A stretch of 64,000 bases of DNA from Squalus acanthias (GCA_030390025.1 CM059433.1:2852001-2916000), one strand, 5' to 3'. Positions 38,279 to 51,555 are shown, counted from the first letter of the stretch. Numbers and translations: made by a program. The notes: a model not told the origin generated them from the letters alone.

Positions 38279-39123
38279 GGAGTGAATTTTAACCGGCAAA
38301 AACGGGTGGGTTTGGATCGGATGGGAAGTAAAAATGTAAAAAATCTCAAACCCGCCCCCAACCGGCCTCGAACCCGCCCACTTCTGGTTTTATCGGAGGC
38401 GGGACAGGCAACCAACCCGCTCCCAGGAGGCGGATCCTTCATTTAAATATTTTAATGAGGCTCCGCGCCTCAGATTTTTTCCCTGTTCCAGCTTTAATGC
38501 TGGCTGGCCAGGTTTCCCGGGCCTCGGGAAACCCGGCAGCTAAAGCGAGGTGAGGATTGCTGCATGGAAGAGGTAAATGCTTTTCCCGCACTTCTTCTGG
38601 GCCAGGAGGAGCAGGACTGCTTCCCTCCAGCCCACCAAGCAAACCCGTTAACATCCCTAGCGATTGGACCCCTCCCTCTGATACCCTCCCAATGTCCTCC
38701 CCGCCCCCCGAGCTACTCCCGCTCCCCCTCCCCACCCCCCACCACCACAGGCCCCTTCTACAATCTTCTCCCCTCCTCCTCCGATCTCTCCCGGCCCCTT
38801 CCGTGATCTTGTTCCCTCCTCCCCCAATCTCTCCAGCTCCGGCGACCTCCCCCCCTCCTCCCCCGATCTCCGGCCCCTTCCACGATGTCCCCCTTGACCC
38901 CCCGATCTCTCCCGGCCTACCCACCCGACAGCCAGCCAGCCTCTCATTCTGGCTGGCTGCAGCCGGGAAACGGATTCCAAAAATAATAATCAGGTCCTCC
39001 CGTTAAATTCGGCAGAACCTGAGGGAAACTTGTTCTTCTGGGTTTCCCGCGCACTAAACTTAAACCGCCCCACCCCACACCATGACCCCCGCTCCCTCCC
39101 CACCTCTGAGGTAATATTGGGGC
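38279..39123. mobile_element. Harbinger-type MITE with C-rich CCCCCGATCT repeats
   Basis: Homologous to 18889-19537 and 27073-27710; right end resembles the Harbinger end at 8175-8278. Confidence 0.75.
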
Positions 39124-39214
39124 ATTGTTTCTGCTATATTATACTTCATTCAATTAAGTTAAAAGCTCTCACAATATAACACAGGCCTAGTTCTTGTCTT
39201 TCGTATTGAGCAGA

Positions 39215-39600
39215 TTCAACACGACAACAGTAAGAATTTGTAAGGAAACGTTCCAGGGTGCTTTACAAATAGTTGCAAGTAAAATAGACACTGAGCCAGA
39301 AAGGGAGAGAGTAAGGTGGATGACTGAAAGTTTAGCCAAAGAAATAGGTTTTGAGAAAGTTTTAGAAGCGGAGAGAGAGGTGGAGCGATTTAGGGAGGAG
39401 GCTCCAGAGAATATAACCAAAGCGGCTGACAGTTTTGTAACTATTAGTTTGGATAAGGGATGAGCGGATCTACAAGAGACCAGAATGAGAGGAACAGAGT
39501 GTTTGAGAGTGAATATACAGTTCGAGGAGATTGCAGATATAGGATGGAACAAGACTGAGCGATTTAAAGATGAGAGCAACGATTTTAAATTTAATGAGGA
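39215..39600 (-). mobile_element. Old L2 3' end
   Basis: GTAAAGCACCCTGGAACG-like terminus and TTTAGGGAGG motif; reverse homolog of 48720-49350. Confidence 0.6.
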
Positions 39601-39699
39601 GGGGTGGGGGGAGGGGGGATGCCAATGGAGATCAGTGAGGAGGGTGTGATAGGGTGGGCAGGAAAGGAGTGGGGAAGTGCAGGGAAAGGAGTGGACCTG

Positions 39700-41830
39700 T
39701 GACAGGTGGTGAGAGAACCAACACGAGGGAAATACCTACTTGAACTCGTCCTCACCAATCTACCTGTCACAGATGCATCTGTCCATGACAGCATTGGTAG
39801 CAGTGACCACCGCACAGACCTTGTGGAGATGAAGTCCCGTCTTCACACTGAGGACACCCTCCATTGTGTGGCACTATCACCATGCTAAATGGGATAGATT
39901 CAGAACAGATCTAGCAGCTCAAAACTGGGCATCCATGAGGCACTGTGGGCCATCAGCAGCAGAATTGTATTCCACCACAATCTGTAACCTCATGGCCCAG
40001 CATATCCCTCACTCTACCATTACCATCAAGCCAGGGGACCAACCCTGGTTCAATGAGGAGTACTGAAGAGCATGCCAGGAGCAGCACCAGGCATACCTAA
40101 AAATGAGGTGCCAACCTGGGGAAGCTGTAACACTGGATTACATGCATGTTTAACAGAGGAAGCAGCATGCTATAGACAGAGCTAAGCGATCACATAACCA
40201 ACGGATCAGATCAAAGCTCTGCAGTCCTGTCACATCCAGTCGTGAATGGTGGTGGACAATTATACAACTAACAGGAGGAGGAGGCTCCATGAATATCCCC
40301 ATCCTCAATGATGGTGGAGCCCAGCACGCGAGTGCTAAAGACAAGGCTGAAGCGTTTGCAACCATCTTCAGCCAGAAGTGCCGAGTGGATGATCCATCTT
40401 GGCCTGCCTCCTGAGGGCCCCACCATCAAATAAGCCAGTCTTCAGCCAATTCGATTCACTCCACGTGATATCAAGAAACGGCTGAACACACTGGATACAG
40501 CAAAGGCTGTGGGCCCTGACAACATCCCGGCTATCGTGCTGAAGACTTGTGCTCCAGAACTAGCTGCGCCTCCAGCCAAGCTGTTCCAGTACAGCTACAA
40601 CACTGGCATCTATCGACAATGTGGAAAACTGCCCAGGTATGTCCTGTCCACAAAAGCAGGACAAATCTAATCTGGCCAAATACCGCCCCATCAGTCTACT
40701 CTCAATCATCAGCAAAGTGATCGAAGGAGTCGTCGACAGTGCTATCAAGCGGCACTTACTCACCAATAACCTGCTCACCGAAGCTCAGTTTGGGTTCCGC
40801 CAAAACCACTCGGCTCCCGACCTCATTACAGCCTTGGTCCAAACATGGACAGAGGAGCTAAACTCCAGAGGTGAGGTGAGAGTGACCGCTCTCAATGACC
40901 TTCCCTCCATCATAAGGTCAGAAGTGGGGATGTTCGCTGATGACTGCACAGTGTTCAGTTCCATTTACAACTCCTCGGATAATGAAGCAGTCCATGCCCG
41001 AATGCAGCAAGACCTGGACGACATTCAGGCTTGGGCTGATAAGTGGCAAGTAACATTTGCGTCACACAAGTGCCAGGCAATGACTATCTCCAACAAGCGA
41101 GAGTCTAACCACCTCCCCTTGACATTCAATGGCATTACCATCACTGAATCCCCCACCATCAACATCCTGGGGGTCACCATTGACCAGAAACTTAACTGGA
41201 CCAGCCACATAAATACTGTGACTACAAGAGCAGGTCAGAGGCTGGGTATTCTGTGGCGAGTGTCTCACCTCCTGACTCCCCAAAGCCTTTCCCCCATCTA
41301 CAAGGCACAAGTTAGAAGTGTGATGGAACACTCTCCACTTGCCTGGATGAGTGCAGCTCCAACAACACTCATGAAGCTCGACACCATCCCGGACAAAACA
41401 TCCCGTTTGATTGGCACCCCATCCAGCACCTTAAACATTCACTCCCTCCAACACCGGCGTATCGTGGCTGCAGTGTGTACCATCTACAAGATGCACTGCA
41501 GCAACTCACCAAGGCTTCGTCATCAGTACCTCCCAAACCCACGACCGAGAAGGACAAGGGCAGCAGGCGCATGGGAACAGCACCACCTCCAAGTTGCCCT
41601 CAAGTCACACACCATCCTGATTTGGAAATATATCGCCGATCCTTCATCGTCGCTGGGTCAAAATCCTGGAACTCCCTTCCTAACAGCACTGTGGGAGCAC
41701 CTTCACCACACGGACTGCAGCGGTTCAAGAAGGTGGCTCACCACCACCTTCTCGAGGGCAATTAGTGATGGGCAATAAATGCTGGCCTTGCCAGTGATGC
41801 CCACATCCCATGAAGGAATTAAAAAAAGGT
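39700..41830 (+). mobile_element. LINE family B, ORF2 3' part with in-frame RT deletion
   Basis: Near-identical to 9479-11820 reverse complement, but VRVTAL is joined directly to NDLPSII at ~40890. Confidence 0.95.
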
Positions 41831-42630
41831 GTGGATGTGCCCTGCTCCATTTTAACTGCCCCCCCTGCCCAGTTTCCACCAGGTGGATGGAGTGAAATTT
41901 CCCCATATTGTCTAACACAGCAACCACTTTTGAATCTTGGACAGGTAGAGGGGCTGAGACCTTTAGCACCATCTTTTAAACCAATAATCAAATACACACA
42001 GTGCAAGACACAAAATTACAAGATAAATGCAGGCATGGGAGGAAATTCAGTCCTTAGCTTCTGGCCTGGATTAAGGCTGGAGGTGGAGCGGGGGGACAGA
42101 TGAGGTGGGAATTGTAAGATTCTAAAAAACCTGAATAAAACCACTGCTACCATGTGGAGATCGAAATTGTGAACGAATTGTGAAATGATAACGGACGGAT
42201 TCAAAATGTAGGAAGTCAGCGTGTGTTCCTTTGTCTGTAAGGACTCAAAATGGAGATGGTCAGCATATGGTCCTTTGTTTGCGAGACCACATGGACAGGA
42301 AAGAGAAACACCAGATGAAAAGGAAGTCCCGCCCCCACACACACACCACAGGAACATGAACGTGACAGGCAGAAGGAACTCCAAACTCAGGGACAGTTGG
42401 GAGTGAAACTGACCTATCAGAGGGAGGCAGACGAAGATATATGAGGGGGGCCGGCAGGAAGGCACTATAGAGGAGACACAAATGTGGGTAAATCAAAAGG
42501 GACAAAGAAAATGGTTTGATTGGCCAGTCTATGTTTGCAACCTACCACTTTTTCCAGACTGATCACCCAGGGTGAAGTGTATGTATGGAAGTCGGACATA
42601 GAGAATAGATAGATATATATATATATCGGA

Positions 42631-42945
42631 ATTGTTGGGAAGTTCTTTTATGTACGGTTGACTTGGGATATGAATCACCAGGGATTAGCATATAAGTTGC
42701 TGGGGAGGTACTTTTATGTACGAAACTGTGGGCATATGGATTGCCAAGGATTAGCATAAATTGCGGGATACTTTTATGTACGTATAGCCAAACTGTGTAG
42801 CATATTAATTGCTGGGGATGTACTTTTATGTACAAAACTGTGAGCATATTTATTGCCAGGGCAAATTAATAAACTGTGGGCACATACATTGCTGCGAGTG
42901 CTTCTATGTACACTTGAATTTTAAACTGTAGTGTGAATAAAGATC
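42631..42945 (+). repeat. Degenerate tandem array (CTTTTATGTAC / AAACTGTG / GCATAT..ATTGC modules)
   Basis: CTTTTATGTAC at 42645, 42711, 42771, 42823 and variant at 42901. Confidence 0.8.
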
Positions 42946-43504
42946 ATTTTATTTATAACAAACTTATCTGTCATTGTTACACTTATTTGTAATTCTCGAG
43001 GTCCGAACAGTAGTAGGAGAAAGCCCTACAGAACGCAGGGGGGAAGGGGGGTGAAACCAGCGGCCTGTGACCAGAATTTGTGGCCAGAAATCTGCCCTGC
43101 TTTTTGCTGGCGGCCAGGTTCTGGCAGGAGGCAGCCGTGGACTGAGCCGGCACGAATCCCTTTGGTGCCTTTAGGAAGTCCGTGACCACCATGCAAATGA
43201 CCATATCCCGGGAATTTCGGATGGGGTTTCCGGCATTGTGCTCGAGCGGCTGGGGGTTCCACTCTATCTTCCATCGGGGGAGCAGCCCCAGCAGAATTTC
43301 GGGCCCTAATTCCCCCAAACCATCCAACTAGATCTTGAATGAATCTGAAATTTTCACCCGTGCAACTTAATATGGAAGATGCCAATGATCAGCCTTGTGG
43401 GTTTTCTCCACACCATCTCCATTGCTCGAAAATGTTCTTGTTGCTTCGTGTGCAAAACTGAACATGGTATGAAAGGTGCAGTCTGGCCAGACCACTGTAC
43501 ACTT

Positions 43505-46500
43505 TTAACAGGACAAATAGACAGCAAGGGAGTTTGGCAGTGCTAAATGATATATACTTCAACACAAGGAGTCCAGGGAATAAAGCAGATGAGCTGAGGG
43601 CACAGATAGACATGTGGGAGTATGATATTATAGCTATTACTGAGACATGGCTGAAAGGAGGGCAGGAATGGCAGCTCAACCTTCCTGGTTACAGGGTTTT
43701 CAGACGAGATAGAGAGGGGGATAAAAAAGGAGGGGGGGTCACAATATTGATTAAAGAATCAATTACAGCTATGAGGAGAGAGGATATCTTAGAAGGATCA
43801 TCAAATAAGGCCATATGGGTTGAACTGAAAAACAAAAAAGGGGCAATCACACTGCTGGGAGTGTACTATAGACCTCTGAACAGTCAGAGGGAGATAGAAG
43901 AGCAAATATGTAGGCAAATTTCTGAGATGTGCAAAAATAGGGCAGTAATAGAAGGGGATTTCAACTTCCCTAATATTAACTGTGATAACATTAGTGTGAA
44001 AGGTATAGAGGGAGCAGAATTCTTAAAATACATTCAGGAGAACTTTTTAGCCAGTACGTAGCAAGCCCAACAAGAGAAGGGGCGTTTCTGGACCTAGTTT
44101 TAGGGAATGAAGCTGGGCAGGTGGAAAGGGTATCAGTGGGAGAGCATATTGGTGGTAGTGATCATATTTCAGTTAGATTTAGGGTAGTTATGGAAAAAGA
44201 CAAGGATAGACCAGGAATAAAAGTTCTCAATTGGGGAAAAGTTAATTTTACTAAGCTGAGAGGTGATTAAGCCAAAGTGGACTGGAGACAGAAACTTGAA
44301 GGTAAATCAGTGTCAGAGCAGTGGGAGGCATTCAAGGAGGAGATAGTGAGGGTTCAGAGAAAGTATGTTCCCTTAAAGAAAAAGGGTGGGACTAACAAAT
44401 CTAGAGCTCCCTGGATGTCAAGGGGCATACAGGGAGGGATAAAGGAAAAAAGGGAAGCTTAAGACAGATACCGAGGATTCAATATTGCGGGATATTGAGA
44501 GGAGTATAGAAAGTGCAGAGGTGAAATTAAAGAGGAAATTAGGAAAGCAAAGAGAGGGCATGAAAAAATATTGGCAAGTAAAATCAAGGAAAACCTGTGA
44601 AGGAAATAGGCATATTCCAAGAAATATATCATCCTATAAACAGATTTGATAATATTAAAACATGACAAACTGGGGTTAAAAATCTGAAAGCCTCGGCGAC
44701 ACAGGCCGTAAAACAGAAATCCAGGCTTCTGAGATAAGATGGTTTGTTAATACAAAGCTGTGAACACAAGCTTTGAAATGGGAATTGGTTTGTAAATACA
44801 GAGACAAAGCCCTATTGAAGCAAACCATTGGCACTTCCAAAATGTCTAGAGTTTGGGAGAAAAACAATGGAATGACCCAAGTAAAGTGTTATAATCTAAC
44901 ACATCGAAGAGGTGCATAGAACATTAAAAAAACCATGTGCCTTTGAAAAAATGACATCAAGTAAAAGAAATACCTGTCGTAAAATAGTTTTATGTTAAAC
45001 TTAGAAACAGGAAACATGATTAAATATGTAACCAATTGAGATAGCAAGAAAACAAGTAAACACCCTGAGAGAAGTGTTTTTGATTTACAAGTTGTAAAAT
45101 ATACCTACAGAAAGGCTTTGAAAATATAACATCAATAGATGACATCAAGCAATTACATTGTTCTCGTATTGAAAATGGAATAGTTAGGAGACACGACGTC
45201 TGGCTTGCAAGTAGTTAAGTGATATTAGAAATTCAATAGAAAGACTTCCTAAGAATCACATCAAATAAATACTACTGTCATATTGCTTTTTATGATGGTT
45301 TTTGAAACACCTAAACAGGAGACAAATCAAAAAGCTAACAGCTGATATGACAATAAAGAATAGAAGAAAGTCAGCAAAGAATGACTTGAAACAATTAGCT
45401 TACAGCAGGAAAACTTCAAAGGATAAACCACCAAAAAAAGTATAAAAATAAGAGCTTTTCAGATGGAAAGTCAGAAGTCGCTGGGAAGGCAAGCATTTCT
45501 CAACTTCACAGGCACGCTCTGTAAGTTTACAAATCTGAGTCTCGGGTAATCAAGGTATTTGATTTTGGTGGATATTCTGGATTAAGAAATAAGTAGAAGT
45601 GTGGAAAAGTAACGAAGTTAAGATTTGAGAATAAGGATCTCTGATAAGAAATGTAAGCTTTTTGTATTTTGAACGGTTAAAGTTGCGATTGCCATAACAG
45701 ATGTTAACTAAATATCGGTTCTTTAATAAATCTATATATTTTTAGAATTATCTCACAGAGTATTTCTGTATAAACTCATGAACTCAATTTCTGTACACTC
45801 TTCAGTGAGGAGTTGCAGAATTCTGGGGGGTATTCTGGACCCTCATAATATCCGGAAAGTTACAGTCTAGTTAAACTTATTAAAAGTACTATCCGGAGGA
45901 CGGTAACATTTTCAGACCGTTTCTTTCCTTTAGGGAGAGGTAGTCTGACCTTTAGACCCAATTAAGCATCTTATGGGATCCGGCTATCTCTTAACTTTAG
46001 TTGAAGGTGAACGTCTGGGGAATACGCCTGATCTGGGGTAGTCCGAAAGGGCTAGGACTTGTAATTATCCCTTCAAATCCAAAGATGTTTTATAAATACA
46101 TTAAGAGCAAGAGGATAACTAAATTAAGATTAGGGCCTATTAGGGACCATAAAGGTAACCTGTGTGTGGAAGCGGAAGACATGGGTAGGGTTCTTAATGA
46201 ATACTTTGCGTCTGTTTTCACAAAAGAGAGGGACGATGCAGACATTGCAATCAGGGAGGAGGAGTGTGAAATATTAGATGAAATAAACAGAGTGAGAGAG
46301 AAAGTATTAAGGGGTTTAGCAGCTTTGAAAATCCCCAGGCCCGGATGAAATGTATCCCAGACTGTTAAGAGAAGTAAGAAAGGAAATAGCAGAGGCTCTG
46401 ACCATCATTTTCCAATCTCTCTGGCTGCAGGTGTGGTGCCAGAGGACTGGAGAACTGCTAATGTGGTACTGTTGTTTAAAAAGGGAGAAAGGGATAGACC

Positions 46501-47900
46501 AAGTAATTACAGGCCAGTCAGCCTAACCTTGGTGGTGGGAAAATTATTGGAAAAAGTTCTGAGGGACAGGATAAATCTTCATTTCGAAAGACATGGGTTA
46601 ATCAGAGACAGTCAGCATGGATTTGTTAAGGGAAGGTCGTGTCTGACTAACTTGATTGAATTTTTTGAGGAGGTAACAAGGAGGGTCGATGAGGGTAGAG
46701 CATTTGATGTAGTCTTTATGGATTTTAGCAAGGCTTTTGATAAGGTCCCGCATGGCCGATTGGCCACGAAAGTAAAAGCCCATGGGATCCAAGGCAAAGT
46801 GGCAAGTTAGATCCAAAATTGGCTCAGAGGCAGGAAACAAAGGGTAATGGTCGAAGGGTGTTTTTGTGACTGGAAGGTTGTTTCCAGTGGGGATCCGCAG
46901 GGCTCAGTACTGGGTCCTTTGCTTTTTGTGGTATATATCAATGATTTGGACTTAAATGTAGGAAGTATGATTAAGAAGTTTGCAGATGATACAAAAATTG
47001 GCCGTGTGGTTGGTAATGAAGAAGAAAGCTGCAGACTGCAGGAAGATATCAATGGACTAGTCAGGTGGGCAGAACAGTGGCAAATGGAATTCAATCTGGA
47101 GAAGTGTGAGGTAATGCATTTGGGGAGGGCTAACAAGGCAAGGGAATACACTATAAATGGTAGGACACTGAGAAGTGCAGAGGATCAGAGGGACCTTGGA
47201 GTGCATGTCCACAGATCCCTTAAAGTAGCAAGACAGGTAGATAAAGTGGTTAAGAAGGCATACGGGATACTTGCCTTTATTAGCCGAGGCATAGAATATA
47301 AGAGCAGGGAGGTTATGCTTGAACTGTATAAAACATTAGTTAGGCCGGAGCTAGAGTACTGCATGCAGTTCTGGTCACCACATTACAGGAAGGGTGTGAT
47401 TGCACTAGAGGGGGTGCAGAGGAGATTTACGAGGATGTTGCCTGGACTGGGGTATTTTAACTATGAGGAAAGATTGGATAGGCTGGGGTTGTTTTCTTTG
47501 GAACAGAGGAGGCTGAAGGGGAGACTTAATTGAGGTGTATAAAATTATGAGGGACCTAGATAGAGTGGATAGGAAGGATCTATTTCCCTTAGCAGAAGGG
47601 TCAATAACCAAGGGCCATAGATTTAAAGTAATTGGTCGGAGGTTTAGAGGGATTTGAGGAAAAATACTTTCACCCAGAAGGTGGTGGGGGTCTGGACCTC
47701 ACTGCCTGAAAGGATGGTAGAGGCAGAAACCCTCATCACATTTAAAAAATACTTGGATATGCACTTGAAGTGCCGTAACCTACAGGGCTACGGACCAAGA
47801 GCTGGAAAGTGGGATTAGGCTGGATCGCTCTTTGTCGGCCGGCAGACACGATGGGCCGAATGGCCTCCTTCTGTGCTGTAAATTTCTATGATTCTATGAT
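43505..47900 (+). mobile_element. Near full-length CR1 ORF2 (APE + RT) with 3' tail, interrupted by a solo LTR
   Basis: YDIIAITETW, GVYYRP, GDFNFP (APE); NYRPVSLT, DFSKAFDKVPH, FADD (RT); TTCTATGA tail. Confidence 0.96.
44596..46075 (+). mobile_element. Solo LTR, 1480 bp, A-rich
   Basis: TGTGAAGG...CCTTCA termini; 4-bp TSD AACC/AATC whose removal restores CR1 KENPKMFYK; TATAAAA 45441, GTAAGT 45521, AATAAA 45725. Confidence 0.85.
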
Positions 47901-47954
47901 CTTCTGATTTATATTCTACTGATATAGCAATACAATTCACTGTTCTATTTGTAT

Positions 47955-48180
47955 TGTGTCCTGGAGCCAATATTTATCCCTCAACCAACATAACAAAAAC
48001 AGATAATCTGGTCATTATCACATTGCTGTTTGTGGGAGCTTGCTGTGCGCAAATTGGCTGCCGCGTTTCCCACATTACAACAGTGACTCCACTTCAAAAA
48101 GTACTTCATTGGCTGTAAAGCGCTTTGAGACGTCCGGTGGTTGTGAAAGTCGCTGTAGAAATGCAAGTCTTTCTTTCTTT
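47955..48180 (+). mobile_element. DeuSINE 3' half
   Basis: Matches 33634-33850 reverse complement. Confidence 0.85.
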
Positions 48181-48719
48181 TATTCATTAGTACCATCTCC
48201 CACATCTCTGGAGAGAATGCCCTTCCGTGCCAAAAAAAGTCAACCCACCTTTGCTGCATTTTGTGAAAGAGCAGCTGAATCACAAAGTGGCAGGGCTCTT
48301 GAGTGGGAACTAACTGTTTGCAAGTTTCCTGCTTTGGATCATCCTGCGGCAAAAGCAAGTAACCCTCCCCTTTAAATGCAGCAGTCCCTTCACCCTCCCT
48401 GGTTCAGCTAGTTGCAGGCCAGGGTCTCGCTCTACATATCTCAATGGGGCCAACCCAGGGAAGATTTGATGGGACTGTTTTTTCCAATCTTGGGTAAGTG
48501 AAAAGCGTGCAATGCGCCAGTCCCACAGTCCGAGTGCCAGGACTGTAAAATCTGCCCGTTTGTGCCTAAGTCTATCAGTAGGACTGAAAGAGCATAACTG
48601 TGAGTAATTCTTTCAATATCGTTCACCAAGGTAGCAGACATCTTGTACCTGGGAAGTTGGTAGTTCTCATTTGCATCAAATTTCCTATCAGATTCAGGCC
48701 CTCTGGATTATAGCCAGTC

Positions 48720-49350
48720 TGCTGTCTGCTGCTCATATCCTAACTCGCACCAAGTGCCGTTCACCTGTGCTCACTGACCTTCATTGGCTCCCGGTTAAGC
48801 AACGGCCCAATTTTAAAATTCTCATCGTTGTTTTCAAATCTCTCCATGGCCTCGCCCCTCCCTATCTCTGTAACCTCCTCCAGCCCCTACAACCCTCCGA
48901 GATCTCTGCACTCCTCCAATTCTGGCCTCTTGCGCATCCCCCGATTTCCATCGCTCCACCATTGGCGGCCGTGCCTTCAGCTGCCTGGGCCCCGAGCTCT
49001 GGAATTCCCTCCCTAAACCTCTCCGCCTCTCCTTCCTCCTTTAAGATGCTCCTTAAAACTGACCTCTTTGACCAAGCTTTTGGTCACCTGCCCTAATATC
49101 TCCTGATGTGGCTCGGAGTCAAGTTTTGTTTGATAATCGCTCCTGTGCAGCGCCTTGGGACACTTTTTTCAATTCATTTTTTATGGGATGTGGGCGTCGC
49201 TGGCGAGGCCAGCATTTATTGCCCATCCCTAGTTGCCCTTGAGAAGGTGGTGGTGAGACGCCTTCTTGAACTGCTGCAGTCCGTGTGGTGAAGGTACTCC
49301 CACAGTTTCACTGCATTAAAGGCGCTATACAAATACAAGTTGCTGTTGTT
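48720..49350 (+). mobile_element. L2 3' end with a nested LINE family B tail (49165-49305, minus)
   Basis: PVLTDLHWLPVKQRPNFKIL..LHGLAPPYL; GGCGCTATACAAATACAAG(TTG)n tail. Confidence 0.88.
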
Positions 49351-50063
49351 GCTGTAACATCACTAATTGCGTCGCCTCGTTTTTCTGCTGGAGTCAATGG
49401 GGTAAGTTTTCACCTCGGGCATAGTGCGGGTGGGTAACAGGAGGGAGGCTCACACTGACACCGCCTGAGGTCCGTGCCCCAAAACTCATTTTGTGAGGTC
49501 GGCCTCATCTGATTACTGTTGGCGGACTGTGAGCACTCGGGCAGCTCACTGGTTGATGGTGGGGGTGTTAACAGAGATTCAGTCGGTACCTCTGCCGAGT
49601 CGAGCCAGAAGTCATATCTTAAAGGTGGTGGGGGGGGCGGACAATAGAATACAAAAATGTATGTGCACAATGCAGTGTTTTATGTAATAAGAAAATTCCA
49701 AGAAGCTTAGCTATTTAACATTCCCTGCAAGGTAAGAAAGTGTGTGACAATGGTAAAATGAAGATCTGTTTACCTTGAGCTATTTCCCCACAATTGTTGT
49801 CAGTAAGTCACAGCTTTTAATGATTTGGAGAGCATTTTATTTTGTGTGCTCTTTCACTAATCTGCTTCTACATTTCCTGTCTCTCATGATTTTCTCCTGA
49901 TCTTTTTTGTCTCATTGTATTCCTGGCTCTCATTCTGTTCCATCTCTGCTTTCCCTACCTCCGTTACTCAACCCTCCTGGCTCTTTCACTATTCAGCTTT
50001 TGCCTTCCTGACTCTCTGCTGAGACATATCTAGAACCTTATCTATTTAAATTCATCTCCCTAT

Positions 50064-50182
50064 TCGTTTCCCACATTACAACAGTAACTACACTCCAAAA
50101 GTACTTCATTGTCTGTAAAGCGCTTTGAGATGTCCGGGGGTCGTGAAAGGCGCTATATAAATGCAAGTCTTTCTTTCTTTTT
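50064..50182 (+). mobile_element. DeuSINE tail fragment
   Basis: TTTCCCACATTACAACAGT...GCGCTATATAAATGCAAGTC. Confidence 0.8.
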
Positions 50183-50864
50183 ATAGTGAGACTATTAGGA
50201 GATATCAGAACCGGAGATCCATTATACCATTTTTAAAAAACCTAACATTAAAACCTACACACTCATCCATCCTGCTGCCTTCATATTGTGGCCAATGTCA
50301 TGGCCTGGGCCCAGTGGGAATGGGATGATAGCTGGCTGAAAATTTCAGTGCTCCACAGAATGGGAGAGTGGGGGCAAGGATGGGATGTCAGTGGTCCCGG
50401 GATTCACACTCCTCCTAGCCCTCAAAAAAAATCTTCAAAGATACCTACCAGGGCTGTATTCTGAGCAGCCTGCACCCTTTAAGGACCACTGGTTAGGCCA
50501 CTCGATGCCTGGTACCAACAGGTGGAGCATGCGCGGCTCACATCAACCCAGTGGTACCTCAAAATTGCATCGAGGACCTATGTACGTCATAGGGCTCCCA
50601 CCTGAAATAGGACCGCTTATGCAAAGGACCCAACAAGAATAGTGGTGATCATACCAAGAGTACAAATGGGTGGTAAGTTGCAATACAGAAATAGCAAGAT
50701 AATCAGAAGATGTAATGGTGCTGTTTTAGAATCTTGTTGCTTTTGACAACTTCTTTGTAACCCTTCTAGGTTATCTCATAACTCATAGTTATTTCAATAA
50801 CTGAATAAATTGCATTTGACTATAAAACGACAAAAGTGAAAGAGCAATTCCATAATATAACAGC

Positions 50865-51082
50865 CATGATGCGGAGATGCCGGTGTTGGACTGGGGTGGA
50901 CAAAAGTGAGAAGTCGCACAACACCAGGTTATAGTCCAACAGCTTTATTTGAAATTACAAACTTTCGGAGCGCTGCTCCTTCATCAGGTGAAGTCTGACC
51001 TGCCGAAGGAGCAGCGCTCCGAAAGCTTGTGATTTCAAATAAAGCTGTTGGACTATAACCTGGTGTTGTGCGACTTCTCACA
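50865..51082. mobile_element. Non-coding palindromic Penelope pLTR derivative with two back-to-back hammerhead motifs
   Basis: 84-bp arms 50906-50989 / 50998-51081; 13-bp TSD ATAATATAACAGC (50852-50864 / 51083-51095); homologous to the pLTR at 54832-54960. Confidence 0.92.
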
Positions 51083-51114
51083 ATAATATAACAGCTAATT
51101 GAGCAATAATAATG

Positions 51115-51555
51115 AAAGAAAGAATTTGCGCCTTTTATGATCTCAGGATGTCCCAAAGTGCCTTAAAAAAATTAAATACTTTTTTTTTGAAGTGTAGTCA
51201 CTGTTGTAATGTGGGAAACGCAGCAGCCAATTTGCGCACAGCAAGCTCCCACAAACAGCAATGAGATAATGACCAGATCATCTGTTTTAGGTGTTGGTTG
51301 AGGGATGGATGTTGGCCAGAACACTGGGAGAACTCCCCTTTTCTTCAAATAGTGTCATGGGATCTTTTACATCCACCTGAGAAGGCAGACGGGCCTCGAG
51401 TTAACCTCATCTGAAAGATGGCACCTCCAACTGTTCAGCACTCCCTCAGTACTGCACTAAAGTGTCTGCCTAGATTATGTGCTCAAGTCTCTGGAGTGGG
51501 CCTTGAACCCACAACCATCTGACTCAGAGGTAAGAGTGCTACCACTGAGCCAAGG
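51115..51555 (-). mobile_element. DeuSINE, full length
   Basis: Same head, Deu core and tail. Confidence 0.85.

Noticed and set aside
44660..45130. Decayed accessory ORF with G-to-A hypermutation in the LTR U3
   Set aside because: The best frame has about 7 internal stops in ~156 codons, roughly what AT-rich random sequence gives; no ORF is supportable
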